A program made the translations under genes and the position numbers. DNA of 64,000 nucleotides from the human T2T-CHM13v2.0 reference genome, Homo sapiens, in the NCBI RefSeq assembly GCF_009914755.1, contig NC_060930.1; one strand, given 5' to 3'. Below are positions 55,737-64,000 of the stretch, piece by piece (the first letter of the stretch is position 1; each line of letters starts with the position of its first letter). The notes beneath the pieces were generated by a model, which did no database searches, had not been told where the DNA came from, and saw nothing but the letters and a program-made list of their open reading frames with translations.

Positions 55737-56070
55737 TGTTAGGAGTTAAACTGTGTCTCCCTAAAAAGGCATGTTGGAGTCCTAAGTTACCCCAGAATGT
55801 GACTGTGTGTGAAAACCTGGCCTTAATGAGGAAATCAAGTTAAAAATGAGGTCATTCAGGCAGGCCCTAATCTAATACCATCAAAGGCCTCATGAGAAGG
55901 GGGAATTTGGACGCAGAGACAGGTGCAGAGGGAAGGTGACGTGAAAGGGGCCAGGGAGAAGCCACAGCCCAGTGGGGAGCCTGGAGCAGACCCTGCCTCC
56001 AAGCCTCTGAGGGGGCCAGCCCTCCGCTCTTGGATTTGGGACCAAGAGAGAGAATTCCTTTTGTTAGATC
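55737..56070 (+). mobile_element. MLT1B/C-like LTR, partial
   Basis: TGTTAGGAGTTAAACTGTGTCTCCC...GAATGTGACT...ATGAGGTCAT..GGCCCTAATC. Confidence 0.7.
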
Positions 56071-59000
56071 AGCCTGCGGCTCTCTGTTAAGCATCCTGGG
56101 GACACCCCTGCAGCCCATCCACCCTCCCCACTGACCTCCCCTCCCAGCACTCTCCTGGCCCTCCCACCTCTGGCTGCAGGTGCTGTGCACATTCACTGTT
56201 CTCTCCGAAGCTCCTGCTGAGGAGACAGGGCAGCACCAGGCCCCCCGTCTGTTCCTGGTCCAAGAGAAGAGCTTGCACCCGGCCAGCAGGTCCTGGGCAG
56301 GGCGCTCCCAGGAACACGCGAACGAGCACCTCACAGAAGCAACAAGTGAGATCCAATGCTAAGACTTCTTTGTTAATAATAATAATAATACTACTTTTAT
56401 AGAAAATGTGTAAGTTAAAAAAATAGGTAAACATTTATAAAGATGATTTTATTCCATTATCTGTCACTAAGAAATAATGTGTCATAATGGTGATCCTTGG
56501 ACTATCGTCTCCTGCACAAAGTATCAGAGTCCAAGCTGCCCACGTTGCATACACATTGACCAGTCAATCACCAGTCTGCACTTTATCCTTTTCATGGTCG
56601 CTGTGTACGGCCTTCCAATTTCAGCAGGTATCTGGGATATTATTTGTATAATATAATGAGCCAAATTCTGAGCGTTCTTTGTGCACTTATTTCATCTAAG
56701 CTTCAGTCCACATTCCCACTGCAGCCGCCCTTTCCTGCAGGCATCTATCTGTCTGTGTTGAGCCTTCCTGGCACAGGGAAGGGCAGTGCTGTCTTAGGTT
56801 GGCTTCCTCCTTCCGGGTTCTGCAAGCCTCAGCTGTCACAGCCATTGCCAAACTGGACCCTGGATTACCTAGGGAGTGGTTATCATTTCCCACAGCAGAG
56901 GAGGAGACAAACCCCAGTCACAGCAGGTGACACAGGCCACAGAGGCCTCCAGCTGCCATAGGTGGGACAAAACCTTCTCACTTCTGAGTGTCACCCAGAC
57001 CTGTAATCATATGTGCTCCCAAAGATATTACCAGACATCCTGGCTTTCCTATTTCCTGCTTTACACCCCATTCCCCCAGAGTGAAGCAAACTCACTCCTC
57101 TGCTGATATGACGGCGGCTCTTTACTGCACACTGACAGGCAGTGGGAAGGGGTGCTCCTGATTCTTCAGATTATTTCTGGGAGTTTTCCTCCAGAAACTG
57201 CTTACAGACCATCGAATGGAAAGATTGCACCTTGCGCTAAGCATCCCTCCCAAAGATCAGGTTAGCATCACGGACAAGATCGTAAACAGCCTCTCTTACA
57301 TCACTGCCAAGCAAGTCAGCAAATATTCTTGAATTTTACTTAGTACCAGTTATGGGCTGGGAAGAGAGGGAGGTATAAAGATGGCCCTGCCCACAAGGGG
57401 CCCAGAGGCCCTGAGGAAAGGGCTGGCAATGTCACGGGTGCTACAGGGGTGCCGTGCCCCTGCTGGAGGATGTTCTGGCAGCTCATGGCAGTCACGACCA
57501 CTCGAATTCTCCTATCAGATTCTCTGTGATGGGAAAGCATAGAATTTGGAAATAAAAGACTCACACCAACACTTTTATTCAAGGCCGGGATAATAATCTG
57601 TTGCTTATTTTAAAGTGCTATATCTTGAATCTTGTGCCCAGTGGTGTTGGTGTTGGTGTTGGTGGCCATTATGTCAAAGGCAGACACAGGCATGGCAGAC
57701 AGAAGCAAAAAGCCCAAGGTTATTTAATAGTCACAGAGGCCTGGTTTTATTTTTGAATTATCCCATGATGTTTTTCCAAAGACTTCCAGCCTCACCTTAC
57801 AATGCAGGTAATTCTCCTTTCAGAGGGCCCCTCCCTCATCACCAGCAACTGAAGACCACTTGATTTACGAATTCTCTAAGGGTTTATTGAGCACCTAATG
57901 AGTGTCAGGTACAACGGTACAACGGTAAGCCTGCAAATACAAATATCGTGAAGCCCAGTTTCTGTTTCCAACAAGCCAAGACCCACAGAATTGAAAGACA
58001 GTAGTGACCCAGTTGGCACCTGCATCTATGGGCACTGAGCAATGAGAAATGTGCCCACATCAGCCGAAGCAACCCAGGAGGCCTTCCCAGAGGAGAGGAG
58101 CTCTGAGCTGAGGTCTGCAATGGAAGGAGGTGCTGCCGGCACACAGGCGCATGGAAGGCGTCCCAAGAAGAGGGAGGAGGCCGCCCAGCTCACCCCTAGA
58201 GCCTGGGCTTTCAAGTGGAAACAGAAGTTGGAGAAGAACCAGTTCTCAGAGCTGCAGGGTGGCACAATAGGAGAAGGGAGTGGGGTGGGGAAACTGAGAT
58301 ACAGGATGCCCCTCCTCAAAGCCCTGCCCCTCCCCAGTCTCCAGAGTCACCCACACTAGCCCTGGGCCCGCACAGCCCCCGCCTATGGCAAACCTCAGTC
58401 TCACAGCTGAGACTGAGGATGAGGCCGACACCACCTCCCACGGCCTCCACGGCCAGGCCCATGGTCACCACAGAGCCTGGGGGCCGAAGTACTCAGCTGC
58501 TGGACTCCGGCCACAGCCCTCCTGCCCTGGGTGCTGACTCCAGCCCCAGCCCTCTTGCCCCAGCTGGCACTGGTGCTCTCCTCCCAGACAGTGCGGTGCT
58601 ATCTAAGGGAGATCCAAGACAGAACACAATCCTCTTTTTTAATTCAAAGAACACAAATTTGAGACCTCATATAAGCCAAAAATGTGTCTCCAGTGATTCC
58701 TGTCGGTGGGCAGTGGTGGGTGGAATAAAGCAACGAGAGGAGGGCTGCATTCAGCTGAGCTGGCTGGGTCCCTTTAGTGGCTCATCCTGCCCTCCTTCTG
58801 GGCTCCTGTGTGCTCACACCTTGGGCACCACCAGTGCTTAGGCTTTGGAGAGAGCAGGCGTTGTCCCCCCAAGCTCGGGAGCAACATGAACGAGACCTCC
58901 CATGTGGGAACCAACCCATGCATTGAGTTAGATGTGCTGGCTGAGCAGAGCTCACTATGTTGAGGGAGAGAAGGCCACGCGCACCGCAGACATCTGACCC

Positions 59001-62000
59001 ATGGAGGAGAGAATTCGGGAAGAGACAAGCCATGGGGGGTTTGATAAGACTGGAACCTCGGAAGTGACCTTCTGTTGGCCCCACCGGGAGGAAGGAGCTT
59101 TCCGCAGTGCCTGTGGCTTGGTCTGGAAGTTGCATCTCAGCAAAGCCCCCTGAGGTGTGGTTGTCAGCCAGCACATTTGACCCAGCGCATGGGTTGGTTC
59201 CAAATCCACATGACTCTGTAGCCCGCAGGTCCACAGGCTCCTCGTCATGAGCCAACTCCCTGCATTGGATGCAGCTGCAGGGAGCATTGTGTTGGGAAGA
59301 GATCTAGGACAAGGCACCGAGACACATTGGTGATGTTTGCTGTGAACAGGGAAGGCAGCGTGGGAAATGTCGTCAGGCACACGTCTGAAGTGACACTGGG
59401 ATCTCACAATCAGAACCCAGACTACGCAATCAATTCATCTAGCGTTGACTCAGAAACAGTTACTGCCACACGCCGGGGTTCCCAGCACCTTCGCAGGAGT
59501 GCAGCAGGAGGCAGCAGAGAACAGAATCCAGGTGCCCAGATTCTCATCTGCACATCTGCCAATGGGTGAGGGAGGGCCACAGACTGGAGGGAAGGCAGAA
59601 GAGAACGTCTCCATGATTTCAACCAGCCGGTCCCCATCTCTCCAGCAGTCACCAAGCAGTGAGGCCCCGCTCACGTCGACTGACACGTACGTGCTTCTTG
59701 GGCATTCTTCTGTGCTCCATGCAAGATAATTGCTGTTTTTTTTTCTTTAGTCTTTATATCCTTTCAACTATCTGGAAGTGTCCTACAAATAAGTGTCCCC
59801 CTGGGCAGAACTCCCAAATAGTCACCCCTTTGCCCCCACTCCCCTCCACCCTGGGCCTGCCCTGACCCAACTCCCATGCTCCTGCTCGAAGCCACTAACA
59901 AGCCCAAGAGGATATTTCAAGCAGCCAGGAAACGTGTCCACACTGGGAAGCAGCACCGGAGGCTTCATTCGAGTCCATGTGGATGCACGAGCGCTGCCTC
60001 CCTTTCAGCCTCCCACTGTTTGCTGGAGCATGGTGTTCACGGAGCTAATCAGAGTCCTCTGCCATCTGGAGCCCACAGGTGCCACAGGTGTTAAAAAGTG
60101 GATTTACAGACTCTGCCATTGTCCAGGGCAAGCGCTGGCCTCCAGCTCCTGCTTTGACAAAGATTTGGCAAATGTTTTAGAATGTTTAACTCCTGGGTGG
60201 TGCTTAAAGAACTGGTTGGAGAAACAAGTGATTCAAGATGCAGGTGTTCTGAGAGCAGTAGGAACAGTACAGGAGGGAGAGCCAGAGGATGGCTGGCGTC
60301 AACCTCGGAGCCCCACTTCCTCCAAGTCTCTTTCCTCACCTACAAAATGAGGATGGCCAGCCTTATTGGGAAAACTCAAATATCATAAGTAAGTACTTCT
60401 TCAATTCTTATCACCAAACTGCTCTACAAATAAATATGGGGGCTGTCGGCCCGGGCTGCACAGGAGCTGGTTTAATTCCAGCATCCCCTGGATTGATCAG
60501 TCGCATCAATGTGAGTGACAAGCCCACCAGCTTTGCTCCCTGTCCATGAAGATACGTCTCGTTCCCCCTTTTCTTTTGTATAACCCACAGGCTTCTTACA
60601 ATGAGTTACCACCTCATGTTCTGAAAATTACAGCTTCTGAAGGACAACTTCTTAGAAGCAAGATTTGTCACCAAGAAAAGAATGTGTTGTTGATAAAAAC
60701 TATACTCCCAAGGATTGGTGGCCACCTGCCTGAGCAGTTTCCAAGTTTACCCCAAGGAGGCCCCAGAAGGCTCTTGATAGTTGTGCTAGTTAAGGGTAAA
60801 GGGATGCTCTCATATTCTTTACTTTGAGATGAAGAATTTAAACTCAGACTAAGTAATTGTCAGGTGGGCGTATGCCCTGCTAAGAGAAGAGGTGGGCTGA
60901 AAACAATCAGCATCATCCATCTCCTTGTACCACACATGAAGCCTATAAGCACCAATCCCTCCCTGGGGTGGGGGCCGAGCAGGGGATGCAGCACAGCACA
61001 GCCTGGACCTCACCATGCCACCCATCTCCAGCCACTGCCTCCCTCCATCCCTTCTCTCCCGGCTTATCTCTGTGAACTCGCATCTTCCGATGTCATTTAT
61101 TTTGCTGCTTTTGGCACTTCTCTTCCAACCCCCTCTGCTCCCTGAGCCACCCTCTACTCTAGTGCCTTATTTCTGAATGCAAAGCACAAAAACCCAGGAG
61201 CAGCTGCCTCAAGCTAGATGGGAATTCCTTGTGCCATCCTACCACAGACATATCTTGGTTTGCTCAGGGTTGAATTGACTTTTCTGAGACATTGGTTTGG
61301 CCATGTCATAAATCTCCCTTTCTTGAAAGATTCTATCACACGGATATCTTTGGGCCTCAGCACTGAACCAGGTGCTTGGTTTGGTGATGGAGGCAGAGAG
61401 ATCTAGATGATAGCTCCTGCCTGCAGAAAGTTCACCGTGGGGCAGGGTCTAATCTTGGATATACAGGGTCTACTTTCAGGAGGAAGCTGATTCCAGGACC
61501 TTCCAACCAAGTGGACAGAAGCAATGACATAGGCAGCCTCTTATGGAAGAAAACAAAACAGGAAACGCTGTGCTATGTTTGGAGACATGGAAACAAACAG
61601 CTGGGAGACTCCTTTAGAAGTAGTGGACCTCAGTAGCAGACAATCAGGAGAATTGCTCATCCCAGCAGCACGAAGATGAGCAGAGGATGATGGGAGCCAG
61701 GTGGCGGGAGGGGTGGGGGTGGGGGCTTGGCTTGAAGAGCAGCAGCGTGGCATTTTTGAGGTGACGGTCCAGTAAAGACCCAAAGGAATTGGAGAAGCAG
61801 GCCGTGAAAACATCTGGAGGAAGCGTGTTTCAGGAAGAGGAAGAGAATAAAGGCCTTTAGAGGGTCAGGGAGTCAGGACTGCTCAGAAGGCCAAGGTCAC
61901 ATCCACTCTTGTCTCATTAAGCAGAGCTGGTCGTACAGCCAAGTTGAGTCAACAAGGCAGGGTCCATGCTTCTCTCATGGAGATGTTGGGGCCAAGACAC

Positions 62001-62339
62001 AAGGCAGGGGTGGGGAACCATAATCTTATGACTCAGAGGAAGTGAACATTTGGGAACAACTCTTCCATCTGCCATTGCAGATGGCTTGGGCTGCCGCCTA
62101 GACAGGTGGTACAGAAGCAAATGGTTGGAGGTAGAAGCTCAGGAGAAAGGTTGGGCCTGGGTTCTAAATGAGCAACTTGTAAATGGCATTTACAGCCATA
62201 GACCAGATGAGATCACCCAGGGAGGAAAAAAAAGAGAAAAGGCCTTCAGAGAAGATATTGAGAATATTGGAAATCATCATTGAAGATCTAAAAAAAAAAA
62301 ATAGAAGTGGTTGGTAGGTGAGAAATTAGGTAAAATTAG

Positions 62340-62485
62340 AGCCAAGCTTCTCACACTGCAGTGCGTCAGAGCACTGGGAAGGCCGTTACCCAACAGAGGC
62401 TCAGTCTCACCCCCAGAGCTTCTGGTTCTGTGGGTCTGGAGTGAGGCCCAGGTGATGCTGACAATGCTGGTGGGTCTGAGGATCT
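62340..62485. mobile_element. MER5A-like MITE fragment
   Basis: CACCCCCAGAGCTTCTG...GGTCTGGAGTGAGGCCCAGGTGATGCTGA. Confidence 0.55.
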
Positions 62486-63574
62486 CGGATATGGGGCGAG
62501 TCAGACGGTGTCGGCCAATGTCAGAGGGTTGGACTGCAGTGGGTTTGGGGTCCTCAGGGACCAGGCAGAACTCGGTGTAGCATGCAGCCCAGATAATTTG
62601 CTGGGGAGAAGATAAGGACCACAGGCATGGCTCAGCCCACACTCCCACCAGCAGGCCTGCCTGCAATGGCAAGCCCATCACAGGGCTCGGCATATTGTGC
62701 AAGAGCCTCCGACTTCACAGGGCCTGAGGTGCACAGATCCATGGATGGCAGGAGGCCCCCTGGGTACTGCTGGCACGGTGGTGCCCACAGGCTGAGATGG
62801 GCTTACCTGGAACTCAAACCATCAATACCGGATTCCTTCCACAGTTTGAAAATTGGCATGGCCACATCCAAAAATAACTCATAAGAATTCACATTAGCAT
62901 TTGGCATTTCCAGCTTGCTCCTGTCAGCCCCATGAGCTCCTCAAACTAGAAATGTCTGGCCTATGTCTCTGCCCTTGCAGAGATCTTTCAGTGTGTCTGG
63001 GCCTCTGATATCCTCTCTTTCTCACGTGCTCTTCCACGGCCCAGCCCCTACTGCTTCTCTGAACACAAACACCCCTGATATGCCACCTGTGCAGCTTTCT
63101 CCTGGGGGGACTCCCCGCGGAAAAGGCAGCCTTCTGAGCCCCTTCATCCTCCAGGTTGCCATTGATCAGGGAAGGGTTTGTCCCTCCCGCAGGGGGTGGG
63201 GCACACAGGGGCAGTTCCCAGGCAGGGGTCTGGAGAGGTCCCCTGAATCCACTCCACTTCCTCTTTCTGACTCTCAGGGCATTTTGCCAGGTGCTCAGGG
63301 CTGGGTGCATTATTCCACAAGGCAGGGACGGGGTCTAATCCGTCCTCGCCGCCCCACATCAGGCAGCTGCTGAACGGAAGCCCGGGAGCCCAGGGGAGCT
63401 CTGGGGGTGCAGGCACCAGCTCAGGCTGTACAGCCTCTCCCTGCCGGGTCCGGAGGCTCCTGCTCGGCCTGGGAGCTGCCTGGGGAGACTCCATCCTGAG
63501 TCTCCTTTCTGGGCACCTGCTGTCACCATGGCACAGACCACGTGGGACCATCCCGATTGCTGCTCCATCTCCCG

Positions 63575-63686
63575 GGTTGGTTATGGGGGAGATATGGTTG
63601 GTTATGGGGGAGATGTGGTTGGTTATGGGGGAGATATGGTTGGTTATGGGGGAAATATGGTTGGTTATGGGGGAGATATGGTTGGG
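63575..63686. repeat. VNTR, 21-bp unit GGTTGGTTATGGGGGAGATAT x~5
   Basis: Directly visible; gives the 7-aa periodicity seen in the ORF track. Confidence 0.93.
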
Positions 63687-64000
63687 GCAAGCACAGCTTT
63701 GCATTTATGAGAGCGTGAGACAGCAATGGATCTTCAGAAAGCTCTAGAACAGGCGGGCTGCTGTGCCTGGTGACCCAGCCTGGTTAGGACACAAAACCTG
63801 AGATGGGCTGCTGGAGGAGAGCACTGGGCCTCTAGGCATGCAGGGGCACTCCAGTGTGAGGGCACACCCGCTGACCTCGAGTGTGGGAACACGGCGGGCC
63901 TGTGTTCCCTCCGGACCACGAGTTTCCATGTTTTCATTATTTTCCCTTTCATCTTAAGACTCTCGAGATTTGAGCAGCCCCGCATGGCATAAAGAACCCT

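Noticed and set aside
58215-60350. ORFs of 150-208 aa
   Set aside because: Overlapping on both strands, no recognisable homology, partly in degraded L2/L1-like sequence

Overview
Primate (very likely human or great-ape) non-coding genomic DNA. It is repeat-rich: Alu SINEs of J, S and Y age, ERV1 solo LTRs (LTR1-, MER4-, MER41-, LTR8-like), MaLR/ERVL LTRs (THE1, MST, MLT1, MLT2), old L1/L2/MIR fragments, hAT DNA-transposon relics (MER1A, MER5A, MER53) and several VNTRs. I found no credible protein-coding gene: the long ORFs in the track are stop-free frames through simple repeats, VNTRs or Alus. The only gene-like structure is a putative two-exon + strand lncRNA (donor 8149/8150, acceptor 12898/12899, AATAAA 13283). 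I tentatively recognise it from memory as the prostate lncRNA PCSEAT/PRCAT38 near TMPRSS2 on 21q22.3 (unverified). I see no new multi-gene biological system. The most interesting observations are structural: an ultra-truncated L1 insertion with an apparent 3' transduction, an Alu-unique-Alu composite inside a single TSD, an L2-tail-seeded YCAY tract in the lncRNA intron, a CpG/CRE-rich 54-bp VNTR, a MER41 LTR with one intact GAS motif, and a palindromic MER53 with a perfect TSD. Repeat subfamily names come from visual recall of consensus sequences and need RepeatMasker/Dfam confirmation.
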